The notes beneath the pieces were generated by a model. That model made no database searches and was not told the DNA's origin. It saw nothing but the letters and a program-made list of their open reading frames with translations. A stretch of DNA of 64,000 nucleotides. Source: Acidobacteriota bacterium (lineage in GTDB: Bacteria > Acidobacteriota > UBA890 > WLXD01). The stretch's first letter is position 1, and every line of letters starts with the position of its first letter. The position numbers and the translations under genes were made by a program. Shown here piece after piece: positions 32,136 through 41,791 of the stretch. The stretch covers positions 1,408,001 to 1,472,000 of the forward strand of contig CAXWPL010000005.1 in NCBI GenBank assembly GCA_963666215.2. The letters run 5' to 3'.

Positions 32136-32331
32136 ATGACATCGGGGCGACGAGCCCGCTGAGGTTGAAGCCGCCCGTGCGGTGACATGTCTGACAGTTC
32201 TCTTGCACGATCGGCAAGACGTCTTTGTAGTACGTCAAGGCTGCTTCTTTGTCAGCGGCCATTCCGGGCATGGCTACCAGCCCTATGGCGACGAGAACGA
32301 CGAGCGAGACGACGCCTGGCTTCAACTTCAT
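32090..32331 (-). pseudogene. Secreted c-type cytochrome domain protein, N-terminal stub
   Basis: Signal peptide, TYYKDVLPIVQENCQTCHR (CxxCH), TYEETRPWARA, then truncated. Confidence 0.7.
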
Positions 32332-32501
32332 GCTTTGCTCCTGCAGTCGGAGAAGGCGGCGCCAACAGATAGGCCTATTCGCCGATTGCCTGCCAATCTA
32401 TCTCAAGGCTTGGTCAAGAAGACAGATCGAGCGCCAGGACCGACTCGCGGTCTCTCACGGCTTGTCACCGAGCAGTGTCGGGGCCGGCTATTGCGTGGAA
32501 A

Positions 32502-34259
32502 TCAGTCCGCCTCGGGTAGGGCGAAGACCCAGAGCACCCCGCCGAAGGGGATGTAGGTCTTGGTACCGAAAAATCGATCGATGGCGCGGGTCCCACGCTG
32601 GGCATCGACTCCCCAGCCCGATTGGACAGCGACGTACTGGGTGCCGTCGATCTCGTAGGACGAGGGCACTCCGGTAATCCCCGAGTTGGTGCGCTGCCGC
32701 CAGAGGATATCGCCCGTCGTGGCGTCGAAAGCACGGAAGTATCGGTCGCTGGTACCGCCCATGAACACCAGGCCCCCTCCGGTGGTGAGCACCGGCCCCC
32801 ACAGCTGGAGCTCGAACTCCTGGGTCCACACCTTCTTGCCGGCATTGAGATCCCAGGCCTGGAGCTCTCCGATGTGATCCCAGCCCTCGCGCAGAAAAAA
32901 GCTCCCCCCGCCTTTGTTTTTTTTGGCGGCTCCGCTACGACGAGCACCTGTGGCCACGCCGGTGAAACGGCGGCCGGGGCGGTACTCGATCTCCTCGCCT
33001 TCCAAGGAGGAACACGTGTTCTCGTTGGCGGGAATGTAGAGCAGGCCCGTCTTCGGGTTGTAGGCCGCGGGCGGCCAGTTTTTGCCGCCAGCCACGCCCG
33101 GACAGGTGAGCGCCGATTTGCCGGTACCGGGCGTGTGCTCGGGGTCGTAAGAGGGGCGCCCGGTCTTCGCGTCGATCGAAGTGAACGCATTCTGGTAGAC
33201 GTAGGGCACAGCGTCGATAAAGCGGATGGCTTTCTTCTTGCGCTCGAGAATCCAGAGATAGCCGTTGCGCCCAGGGTGGACCAGGACCTTGCGTGTGCGG
33301 CTGCCACGCTTCACATCCAGCAGCATCGGGGGGTCGACCTCGTCCCAGTCCCAGGAGCCGTTCCAGTGATATTGGTGATGGCCTCGCAGCTTGCCCGAGT
33401 CGGCATCGAGAGCGATGACCGAGGTGGCGTAGAGGTTGTCGCCCGGACGGGCGTCGCCCATCCAGGGACCTCCGTTGCCGGTGCCCCAGTAGGTCAGGTT
33501 TAGCTTCGGATCATAGGTGCCGGTGACCCAGACCGGGGCACCTCCGGTGCGCCAGGTCTCGCCCGGCCAGCTCTTGTGCCCGCGCTCGCCGGGGCCGGGA
33601 ATGGTGTAGGTCTTCCACACTTCGTCCCCGGACTCGGCGTCGAGCGCGGTGACGAATCCGCGGATGCCAAACTCTCCGCCAGAAACGCCGACCATGATCT
33701 TGCCGTTGATCGCCAGCGGCGCCATGGTCATGTAGTAGCCGACGGAGTAGTCCTCCACCGCCTTTTCCCACACCACCTCACCGGTCGTCGCTTCCAGTGC
33801 GACGACGAAGGCATCGACTGTCGCGACATAGACCTTGTCTTGCCACAGCGCCACGCCCCGGTTGGTGGGGTGCAGCTGCTGCAGGTCTTCGGGCAGGTCG
33901 CGCACGTAGCGCCACAGTGGATTGCCGGTGCGCGCGTCGAGAGCGATGATGCGGCTGCCCGGGGTGGTGATGAACATGATGCCGTCGTTGACGATGGGCG
34001 GTGACTGGTGTCCCTCGTTCGCGCTGGTGGAGAAGGTCCACAGCGGAGCGAGCGAAGCTACGTTGGAGGTGTCGATCTGCTCCAGGGGGCTGTAGCCCCA
34101 ACCGTCGTAGGTGCGGCGATACATGAGCCAGTTCTCGGGCTCGGGCTCGAGCAGCCTCTCTTGGGTGACCGGACGGTAGGCCGGTGAATCCTGGGCGGCG
34201 AGGGCCGCCGGGACGACCAGGGTGGCAATGAGCACGAGGATTTTGCTGGAACAAATCAT
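32502..34259 (-). CDS. PQQ-dependent dehydrogenase (methanol/ethanol-like family), copy 1
   Basis: NWLMYRRTYDGWGYSPL, TNRGVALW, GGEFGIRG, WGTGNGGPW, WDWDEVD. TGATG coupling to the Rieske gene. Confidence 0.92.
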   Translation of the reverse strand: MICSSKILVLIATLVVPAALAAQDSPAYRPVTQERLLEPEPENWLMYRRTYDGWGYSPLEQIDTSNVASLAPLWTFSTSANEGHQSPPIVNDGIMFITTPGSRIIALDARTGNPLWRYVRDLPEDLQQLHPTNRGVALWQDKVYVATVDAFVVALEATTGEVVWEKAVEDYSVGYYMTMAPLAINGKIMVGVSGGEFGIRGFVTALDAESGDEVWKTYTIPGPGERGHKSWPGETWRTGGAPVWVTGTYDPKLNLTYWGTGNGGPWMGDARPGDNLYATSVIALDADSGKLRGHHQYHWNGSWDWDEVDPPMLLDVKRGSRTRKVLVHPGRNGYLWILERKKKAIRFIDAVPYVYQNAFTSIDAKTGRPSYDPEHTPGTGKSALTCPGVAGGKNWPPAAYNPKTGLLYIPANENTCSSLEGEEIEYRPGRRFTGVATGARRSGAAKKNKGGGSFFLREGWDHIGELQAWDLNAGKKVWTQEFELQLWGPVLTTGGGLVFMGGTSDRYFRAFDATTGDILWRQRTNSGITGVPSSYEIDGTQYVAVQSGWGVDAQRGTRAIDRFFGTKTYIPFGGVLWVFALPEAD

Positions 34260-34831
34260 CAGAGCTCCTTTTGGAAACGGATCTTGCCGCTGAAGCTGCC
34301 GGCAGCGATGAGGGTCCCATCCTCCTGCTTGAGGGGAAGGTAGGGAAGCCTCCGCGGCGCCGGGCCGGAGATTACCACGGCGCTGTTGCGCGGATCGAAC
34401 TCGGTCTCGTGACAGGAGCAGAGCATGTAGCGTGTCCCGTCGTCCCACATCGAAATATCACATCCGGTGTGGGTGCAAATCCCCGAGTAGGCAACGACTC
34501 CCTCGGCCGAGACCGCTCGCGTCTCCTCGGCGAGCTCCTCGGGATCGAAGCGAAGCACGAGTACCTGATTGAGCCGCGAGCCATCTCGCACCACTCCGGT
34601 GTTCGGGTCCTTGGCGTAGCAGGTCACCTGCTCGCCGTTCGGCTCGAGATCGGCGATTCTGACCGTCTCTCCCTGCTTGTCTCCGAAGGCGTAGATGAGG
34701 AAGTCGCCTTCTTGCGGACGCGCCTTTCGCGCCGCCTCCTCGTCCTGGGCATGCGCACGTCCGACCCCGCGCAGGCCCAGCAAGAACGCGAGGGTCGACT
34801 TGAAGAGGGTACGGCGATCTCTTGGCTTCAT
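34259..34831 (-). CDS. Rieske [2Fe-2S] protein, copy 1
   Basis: Tat-like RRTLFK, CTHTGC...CSCHETEFDP, GPAPRRLP. Confidence 0.92.
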   Translation of the reverse strand: MKPRDRRTLFKSTLAFLLGLRGVGRAHAQDEEAARKARPQEGDFLIYAFGDKQGETVRIADLEPNGEQVTCYAKDPNTGVVRDGSRLNQVLVLRFDPEELAEETRAVSAEGVVAYSGICTHTGCDISMWDDGTRYMLCSCHETEFDPRNSAVVISGPAPRRLPYLPLKQEDGTLIAAGSFSGKIRFQKEL

Positions 34832-35194
34832 TGCCGAAGCTGGAGCCTATCTCACAGCGCCTGGTACCGCGCGCTTAGGCCCAGCTCATGAAGGGGTAGC
34901 TACCACGTGCACCGATTAGCGAGCGGCCGGGAGACGGGTAGGAAATCGCTTTTCTGAGCATGAGGAGCATGAGGGTTTTCGGAGGCCTGGGCGAGAGCTG
35001 GAGGTCCTGGGGGTCACTTCTCGGCGGCTCGACAGCAGGATTAGAGTGCGCGGTCCTGGCGGCAGGTGGGTCGCGAGAGTGCTTGGGGGCGTGCGCGGCA
35101 GCGGGGCCCCCCAGGAGTCCCCGGAGGGGGGCCAGAGGAGTCGAGGGTCCCCCGGGAGCGTCAGGCGCTCTTTGTGTCGGCAGGGATGGGTGTC

Positions 35195-36041
35195 TCAGGC
35201 AGGCTCATAGACCAGCTCGGGGGCTGGCGGTGAGTGAGCGAGGGGCTCCGGCTCTTGGGGTTCCGCCTGGATTCCCGCCAACAACCTGCGGATGGAAGAG
35301 AGCTTGGTGACGAAGGCCACGATTCTCACTTCGCCGCCGCAGTACGAGCACAGCAGGGGATCGATCTCGTACACCTTGCGCAGCAGGCGAGCCCAGCTGA
35401 TGCTCCGCCGCCGGGTCCTGTTCCCTGTGCTGGCGGTGGTCTCGGCGACCTGTGACGTGTCACCGGAGTGGGGAGCGCGGCGGCCCTTGCCCCGGGCAGC
35501 GTTTGAGTACAAGCCGCGCCGAGTAGACGACCTCTCCGCTCTCAGCATCCCACTCCAGACGGTCGAGGACGAGGGGGCAACGAATCATGGTTCGGCCGAG
35601 TCGTACCGCGCCCTGGCGGTTGGCATGAGGGGCATACGCAGCGCTGTTTGCAGGAGAACGCGACGATTGCGCTCTGACCGCATCCCTCGCACTTGAGGCG
35701 GGCGAAGCCCTGTTCGAGAAGGCCGCAGTCCTAGGCATCTTCAACGGCCCAAACGCGAAGAGATGGATCAAGTTTCGAAGCCTTTGAAGATGCCTGAGCC
35801 GCGCGGCGGGAGCCGCGCTTGGCGGGAAGCAAACTAGGGCGGCCCGTGGTAGTCACCACGGGTTGCACTAGTACCAGTACACCACCCTTGCGACCACGCT
35901 GCGCAGGTAGCCGAAGGTCGGCTCGAAACGATCTTCGTAGACCTGGAGGAAGCGCTCGAAGTGGTGTGTCAAGGCGCGGTACGCCACGCTCCGCTCCGGC
36001 CGCCGCCGGCGATAGACCTGGCTGTGAGCCGCCTCTGCCAT
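35195..36041 (-). pseudogene. IS91-family transposase, multiply deleted and interrupted
   Basis: N-terminus, zinc-binding domain and C-terminus are present. The HUH region is deleted in this copy and there is an insertion at 35731-35871. Confidence 0.88.
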
Positions 36042-36223
36042 TGCCTCCCGTCGAAGACAAGAGACGGAAAGCGGCGCTCAGATCTGGCACCGATCGCACC
36101 TGATGCTCTTCCGCCCCGAGCTCGGCTTCCGCTCGAACCTCGCTGGGGAACGACCGTGGGCGGCAGCTTTCCCCCGGCTGCTGCAGCTGAGTTCAACGCT
36201 GCGTGCCTTGATACGATCGGTCC

Positions 36224-36434
36224 ATGAGGGTCTCAGAAACACCCAGCGTCATTCATTCGGATCCTGAGATCCTCGGTGGCGCACCCGTTTTCCGCGGTAC
36301 GCGGGTCCCGGTCAAGAATCTCTTCGACTACCTGGAAGCTGGCAATCCACTCGAGAGGTTCCTAGATCACTTCCCACGGTTTCGCGCGAGCAGGCGTTGG
36401 CGGCTCTAGAAGAGGCAGCTGAAGGCCTTATCCG
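36224..36434 (+). pseudogene. DUF433 antitoxin, frameshifted, followed by a DUF5615 stub (MRLLLDESVPRQ)
   Basis: IHSDPEILGGAPVFRGTRVPVKNLFDYLEAG. One A is missing relative to the copies at ~5104 and ~7441. End approximate. Confidence 0.8.
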
Positions 36435-36534
36435 CAATGCGACTGCTTCTCGATGAATCGGTTCCTCGGCAGCCTTGCGCGAGCTGGATGCTGATCGTGG
36501 AATCGGATCCGAGAGTCCGCGGTATGCTTAGGAC

Positions 36535-36777
36535 ATGGGAGCTGCGTCTGATACCTGGCAGGACTTCATTGCTGTCGATCCAGCGATATGCCACGGACGG
36601 GCCTGCATACGGGGTACCCGCGTCATGGTGTCTGTGATCCTAGACAACTTGGCTGCGGGACTATCGGCGGAAGAGATCCGAGCCAGCTACCCGACGGTGA
36701 GCAAGCAGGCTCTTCAGGCCGTTATGGGCTATGCGGCCGACCTGGCACGGGAGCGCATCGTCGACATCTCGTCGTAG
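36535..36777 (+). CDS. DUF433 family antitoxin
   Basis: DPAICHGRACIRGTRV motif. Followed by a truncated DUF5615 PIN-like gene (RFKVDENLP). Confidence 0.85.
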   Translation: MGAASDTWQDFIAVDPAICHGRACIRGTRVMVSVILDNLAAGLSAEEIRASYPTVSKQALQAVMGYAADLARERIVDISS

Positions 36778-36920
36778 AGGCCCGTGGTGAGGTTCAAGGT
36801 CGACGAGAACCTCCCCGTCGAGATTGCTCAGAGTCTCGGTGAATCCGGCTATGACGCTCAGACGGTCCCGGACGAGGGACTTTGCGGCGCAGACGGACAG
36901 ACGACGGCCCAAGCACGACT

Positions 36921-37245
36921 GTGAGTGAAACGCTCGCACAGATTCAAGCCCTGGTACAGCGCGCTGAAGTCCCGTGTTTCCCTACACGGGTATGACGAGC
37001 TCGCCGACGACGAGATCAGCGTGCGAGACATCGTCAGCGGGGTAGGGGACGCCGTCCTGATCGAGGACTACCCGGATTACCTGAAAGGCCCATGCTGCCT
37101 CGTGTTGCAGCGAGATGGAGCAGGGCGACCGATTCATGTAGTCTGGGGTATCAGGGCGGGTCGAAACTCTCCGGCCGTCGTTGTCACGGCATATCGACCC
37201 GATCCGAAGAAGTGGGAGGAGTCGTGGCAAAAGAGGCGGACATGA
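36921..37245 (+). pseudogene. DUF4258 family toxin-like gene, frameshift near 5' end
   Basis: [14 protein letters not shown]...[17 protein letters not shown]...IHVVWGI...[12 protein letters not shown]. Confidence 0.75.
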
Positions 37246-37460
37246 GCGACCGATCGACGACGAAGCTCGTTCGCGAAGGCGACTTTGTCGCCGAGGTGGC
37301 TGTGCGCCTCGTCGAAGACGAGAGCGGCTGGTCACCGTATCTGTCTCTTGAGGACGCGTTCAAGCTCGATGAGGTCCGGGACGCGCTGCGAGCGGGAGAC
37401 GTGAAGCGAGCGGCCCAGCTCGCTGCTTTCCTCTACCGGCTGACGCCGGTGGAAGCCTGA
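37242..37460 (+). CDS. Small protein coupled to DUF4258 (putative antitoxin)
   Basis: ATGA overlap. [12 protein letters not shown]...[25 protein letters not shown]. Confidence 0.7.
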   Translation: MSDRSTTKLVREGDFVAEVAVRLVEDESGWSPYLSLEDAFKLDEVRDALRAGDVKRAAQLAAFLYRLTPVEA

Positions 37461-37755
37461 CGAACAAAACCCGACGTCCGCACGTCGTCACGAGTCTCGG
37501 CAAGCTACTCCGACAAGGACCAATGCTACCTGCGAGCGCAAGTCGTGCAGTTTGAAGAGGCAGCCGCTGCGCCCATATCGGAACAGGGTGGGACTCCCCA
37601 AAAAGGATACCCGCCGGGGTGCATTTTCAGGTGCATCGAGTGGCAACAAAAGCCCATTCTCGGCCGCGAAGGTCAACAACAGATCTGCCTCTAAATCGTT
37701 CTTTTTCTTACAGTTGAGAGTGGGGGAGAGTTGCCTCCAATTGGCCCAGGCCCGT

Positions 37756-37810
37756 CTCAAAATCCCCCGCCCGCAAGGGCGTGAGGGTTCAAATCCCTCC
37801 CCCGGTACCA
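37756..37810 (+). other. 3' half of tRNA-Leu(CAA), att-site-like
   Basis: CTCAAAA anticodon loop, variable arm GCCCGCAAGGGC, GAGGGTTCAAATCCCTC T-arm, CCA end. No matching 5' acceptor or D arm upstream. Confidence 0.8.
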
Positions 37811-37875
37811 CTCTAAATAGTTAATAACAAGCGACTTAGTATCGATCTCGATGCTCCGCGAATAATCGGCTGGCA

Positions 37876-39910
37876 GTGCGACACGAAGGAGGAATCTGAT
37901 GACCTGATCGAAAGACAGAGATAGGAGACCTCTGGGTCTCGAAGGCCGGCGGGTGAAAGTCCCGCCCGGGGAGTTGTCGGTACACCCCGGTAGCCGCCGG
38001 AGCAGTCGATGCGGGTGACCGTCCGGCTGAAGCCTCCGGAACAGCTGGAGTAAGTCCAGTGGGCAAAGGTGCAGGCCGCAACGCGAGTGAACCCTGAGAA
38101 GGCCCCGAAAGTTACTTGCTGGAGCCGACCCTCCTGCCATAAGGGGAAGGCCGCCGCTCGACGGAGGAGCAACCGACCGTTGAATCCGCCGAATCCAGCC
38201 GGGGTAGTGGGGGTGGCATGTACCGAAGGTCTTTGAGGCAACGTGTGAGACCCACGTCGGTGGCGGGTTGCGACCGCCAACCGGGAAGGCGTAAAAGGTC
38301 GTTCTCGGGCCGTTGTGGGAGTCGGAGGGGCTTGTATTACTGAGGAAGCCGGGTAACTCCGGTGAAGGGAAGGAGCCCTAGTTCTGGTGCGCTTTGGAAG
38401 GAGAAGGAGACCGGGATTGACGCAAAGTCTAGGACCCGAACGAGTCGAGCGACTCCGGAAGAAGCTGTGTGACAAGGCCAAGCGAGAGCCCGACTTTCGC
38501 TTCTACACCCTGTACGACAAGGTCTGCTGGCCCGAGACCCTATCTGTGGCCTACGCCCGCGCGAAAGCCAACCGGGGAGGCCCGGGAGTGGACGGAGTCC
38601 GGTTCGAGGAGATCGAGTCGTATGGGGTCGAGCGATGGCTGGGAGAGCTCCGAGAGGAGCTGGTAGAGGAAAGCTACCGTCCGCAACCGGTGCGGCGGGT
38701 GAAGATTAGGAAGCCCGGCGGCGGAGAGCGTGCGCTCGGGATCCCGACGATTCGGGATCGAGTGGCGCAAACCGCCGCAGTGCTGATCCTCGAGCCGATC
38801 TTCGAGGCCGATTTTGAAGAGAACGTGTATGGGTATCGACCGAAGCGGAGCGCCCATGATGCGCTAGCTGCCGTACGAGACGGTTTGTACGAGGGCCAGG
38901 CCCACGTCGTCGACGCCGACATCGCCCAGTACTTTGACACGATTCCCCATGGGGATTTGCTGAAGTCGGTGGCGCGTCGGATCGCCGATGGGAAGATCCT
39001 GCGACTCTTGAAGCTGTGGCTGAAGTCTCCAGTGGACGAGCAAGATGGCTCGGGTCGCTGGCGACGGACAGGCGGCAAGAAGAGGAAGCGGGGGATTCCG
39101 CAGGGTGGGGTGGTCTCACCCCTCCTGGCCAACATCTACATCAACCGGCTCGTGCGTCACTGGCGCAACTCAGGCGCCTCGAAACGCCTAGGTCAGATCG
39201 TCTCTTACGCCGATGATTTCGTCATCCTGTGCAGGAGCGAGGCGCAGGCTCGCGAGAGCTTGGATCTCGTCTCTCACTGGCTGACAAAGCTCGGCTTAGC
39301 GATTCACCCGGACAAGACCCGCCTGTGCGGGGTGTGGGAGGAGTCGTTCGACTTTCTGGGGTACACCTTCAGATCGCATCGACGCTTCCGCACCGGCCAG
39401 CGGATCTTGACTGCGAACCCTTCGAAGAAGGCCCAGAAATGGCTCCGTTTCCCGCCGCCTCTCATCGAACCGTGCTTGCGGTTCTCCCGCACACGGCTCC
39501 CGGACTGGCTTCACGACGAGGCATGCGCGAGTCGACCCTTTCGATCCCGGTACTGCTTGATGTCGAGGACTGCGGCTGAGCCGTAGACCTCGGAGGCAGA
39601 AAACCGGGCGACTCCTTGCGATTGGAGTTTGTGTCGTCGACAGAGGAATCGTCGGGCACGTCTCGCGACATGCCACCAGACGGCGCGATCCGCAGCTGCC
39701 GTCCATCCGAAGCTGAAGTAGTTGGCCCATCCCATCAAAAGACGGTTCAGCTGCAGACGCAGCTCGGGCCAGGGCTCCGGGTTCCCCCGATACAGCAGGG
39801 CGTTGACCTTCTCCTGGAGCCATGGTCAGGAGATTGAGGCACTCGCAAACGAAAGGGCGAGAAAACAGATGGGCCTGACCTACAGCCACCGCGCCCGCCG
39901 TCGACTCCAC
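37876..39910 (+). mobile_element. Group II intron with internal inversion
   Basis: 5' GTGCG at 37876, RT ORF, 3' end ACTCCAC at 39910. Domain V (GAGCCGTGTGCGGGAGAACCGCAAGCACGGTTC) lies on the minus strand. Confidence 0.9.
38387..39823 (+). pseudogene. ltrA: Group II intron reverse transcriptase/maturase, maturase domain inverted
   Basis: RALGIPTIRDR, GYRPKRSAHDA, PQGGVVSPLLANIY, YADD, FDFLGY. GWANYF domain X is on the opposite strand (39511-39823). Confidence 0.9.
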
Positions 39911-39935
39911 CCTAGGGGCAGCCGGAGGCTGCCGG

Positions 39936-40368
39936 GCTGCTGCGAGGGGTCGGGAATGTGCTGGGTGAGACGGGCGATGAAGTCCAGGACATCCCAGCGG
40001 GCCACAGTGCCGTAGGGGCTGGCCGTGCGCCGCGGCCGCGCCGAGTAGACGACCTCTCCGCTCTCAGCATCCCACTCCAGACGGTCGAGGACGAGGGGGC
40101 AACGAATCATGTATCGGCCGAGTCGTACCGCGCCCTGGCGGTCCTCAGCCCGCACCGAGCCGGTGGTCTCGGCGACCTGTGACGTGTCACCGGAGTCGGG
40201 AGCGCGGCGGCGCTTGCCCCGGGCAGCGTTTGAGTAGAATCCCCAGTACCTCACGAGCTGCTGCGAGGGGTCGGGAATGTGCTGGGTGAGACGGGCGATG
40301 AAGTCCAGGACATCCCAGCGGGCCACAGTGCCGTAGGGGCTGGCCGTGCGCCGCGGCCGCGCCGAGTA
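39936..40368 (-). mobile_element. IS91-like piece 8 (two overlapping transposase fragments)
   Basis: Matches piece 5 to ~40162, then jumps back and repeats part of the gene. Carries RLGRYMIRCP. Confidence 0.88.
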
Positions 40369-40583
40369 ACAACCTCGAGGACTACTTGACGCTCAACCTG
40401 AATGCCACCTACCAGTTCCCGATCAAGGGTGGGGTGCAAGGCATTATCGGCGGCGAGGTTGCCAACGTCACCAACGAGCAGGCCCAGGTCAGGATCAACT
40501 CCTTGAACGGCAGACCGCCCCCCTCGATCCAAAGTTTCCAGTTCCCGCGGGAGTATCGCCTCAAGCTCGGTTTCCGATTCTGA
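40369..40583 (+). pseudogene. TonB-dependent receptor C-terminal stub
   Basis: FPIKGGVQGIIGGEVANVTNEQ...PREYRLKLGFRF, paralogous to the C-terminus of 28652-31375. Confidence 0.8.
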
Positions 40584-40623
40584 GCGCGTCGAAGCAACAT
40601 CGGCTTAGCTGAGATTGCAAAAC

Positions 40624-40759
40624 ACCGGCGGCGGCCGCCGGTGTTTTTCTTTGTGCCGAGACAGGAGCGTCTGAGACCGGCTGGCTTCGGCCGCCGGTGT
40701 TTTTCTTTTGTGCCGAGGCGCAGGCGTCTGAGACCGGCGGCCGCCGCCGGTGTTTTTTT
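40624..40759 (+). terminator. Three tandem intrinsic-terminator units
   Basis: ACCGGC..GCCGGTGTTTTT hairpin plus T-tract at 40624, 40676 and 40733, with similar spacers. Confidence 0.7.
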
Positions 40760-41103
40760 ATGTCTTGTCGGCTTCGCGCGTGAAGCGCCAGCTCTCGCCG
40801 CGCAGCGCTTCGGCGAGGAAGCCTTGCGTCGAGGGTCTCTCGAGCTCCCGGCGGGTGTAGGCAAAGACATCCATGCCGACGGGGAAGGACTCCGGAACAG
40901 TCCGGGCTTCGGTCACGGAAGCGCCTGCCCGACCCACTGAGGATCAAAAGCACGTCGATGTCGCTTCCTGGCGCGTAGGTGCCGCGGGGAAAGGAGCCGA
41001 ACACCACTACTTCCTCGACCTCGGGACGAGTCTCGAGCAGGCGACGGGCGAACTCGGCAGTCTGCTTCCGAATCGCCTCGAAGTCAATCGATTTGACGAC
41101 CAC
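40758..41103 (-). pseudogene. Minimal nucleotidyltransferase (MNT) antitoxin, frameshifted
   Basis: VEEVVVFGSFPRGTYAPGSDIDVLLIL. The frame is lost afterwards. 3' end approximate. Confidence 0.75.
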
Positions 41104-41473
41104 AGAGCTCAAGAATCTCTCCGGCGGCGGCGATGGCGCGCTCGGCTTCTGAAGAAGTGTAGAAATCGGTTGGTGCGCCCTGCTCCAATCCGTTGGGATC
41201 GCGGGTCGGGATGTAGTGCTTATCGAGCTCCTTGGCTCGATCAAACAGGGAGCTCTCGATCTCGACCCTCTCGCCGAGATGGCCCAGGAGAAGTGAGAGC
41301 GTGTGACCCCATGCATCGAGATGCAACTTCTGGAAGACCGCCTTGATCGCCTTCTCGGCGGCCTGATGACAGGCAAAGGCCGCCCAATCGTAATCGCCGT
41401 CGTCGCGAGAGTTCTTCGCATGGCGCAGATCCGCCTGTGCCTGGCGCATCCAGTCTTGTGATCTCTCGGGCAT
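41084..41473 (-). CDS. HEPN domain protein
   Basis: DWMRQAQADLRHA...WAAFACHQAAEKAIKA...WGHTL...LDKHYIPTR. Confidence 0.88.
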   Translation of the reverse strand: MPERSQDWMRQAQADLRHAKNSRDDGDYDWAAFACHQAAEKAIKAVFQKLHLDAWGHTLSLLLGHLGERVEIESSLFDRAKELDKHYIPTRDPNGLEQGAPTDFYTSSEAERAIAAAGEILELCGRQID

Positions 41474-41499
41474 CTTGGCGAGAAGCATCCAGCGGGGGG

Positions 41500-41730
41500 C
41501 ACTCTGTCGATTGTGGCGGTCCGCGAAAGCGGTCTCCGCGGTGAGGACGGAGGGCGGCTCGGAGTTGAAGCGCACTCCCAGGTCCCGTCCTTTCTCGCGC
41601 AAGAAGAGATGGAGCGACTTCAGAGTCCCGGTCTTCCCGGCCTTGACCTCGACCGGGACGATGCGGCTTCCCTGCGAGAGGATGTAGTCGACCTCGGCGG
41701 CAGAGCCCGGCTTTTCCCACGCCGTGCTCG
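41500..41730 (-). pseudogene. AAA-ATPase/DUF4143 C-terminal fragment
   Basis: Manual translation AEVDYILSQGSRIVPVEVKAGKTGTLKSLHLFL. Boundaries approximate. Confidence 0.7.
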
Positions 41731-41791
41731 TAGTACAATCGACCCTCTTGACCGCACAGAGTGGATCGACGGGTCTCGGAGAGGAGGATCA

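Larger units (their letters stand above)
34936..36893. mobile_element. Most complete backbone copy (piece 7): oriIS, decayed transposase, DUF433/DUF5615 cluster
   Basis: ori end, C-terminal YEIDPLLCSYCGG, Zn-binding DCGLLEQGFARLKCEGC...SCKQRCVCPSC, start MAEAAHSQVYRRRRPERS at 36041, then TA genes. Confidence 0.88.

Noticed and set aside
1616-35200. Recurrent ORFs MRSMRVFGGLGESW... and MSEGLRLLGF... in the ORF track
   Set aside because: They lie in the non-coding ori region or antisense to the transposase tail, and their frames vary between copies through homopolymer indels.
37488-37610. Possible tyrosine integrase remnant (FKLHDLR) beside the att-like site
   Set aside because: Too short, with no other catalytic motifs, so it cannot be supported by eye.
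37720-37810. Complete tRNA-Leu gene
   Set aside because: The upstream sequence cannot pair with the acceptor or anticodon stems. Only the 3' half is present.
38387-39586. RT as a retron, DGR or defence RT
   Set aside because: GTGCG start, domains V and VI, YADD and a GWANYF maturase identify a group II intron. I saw no TR/VR pair with adenine-specific differences.
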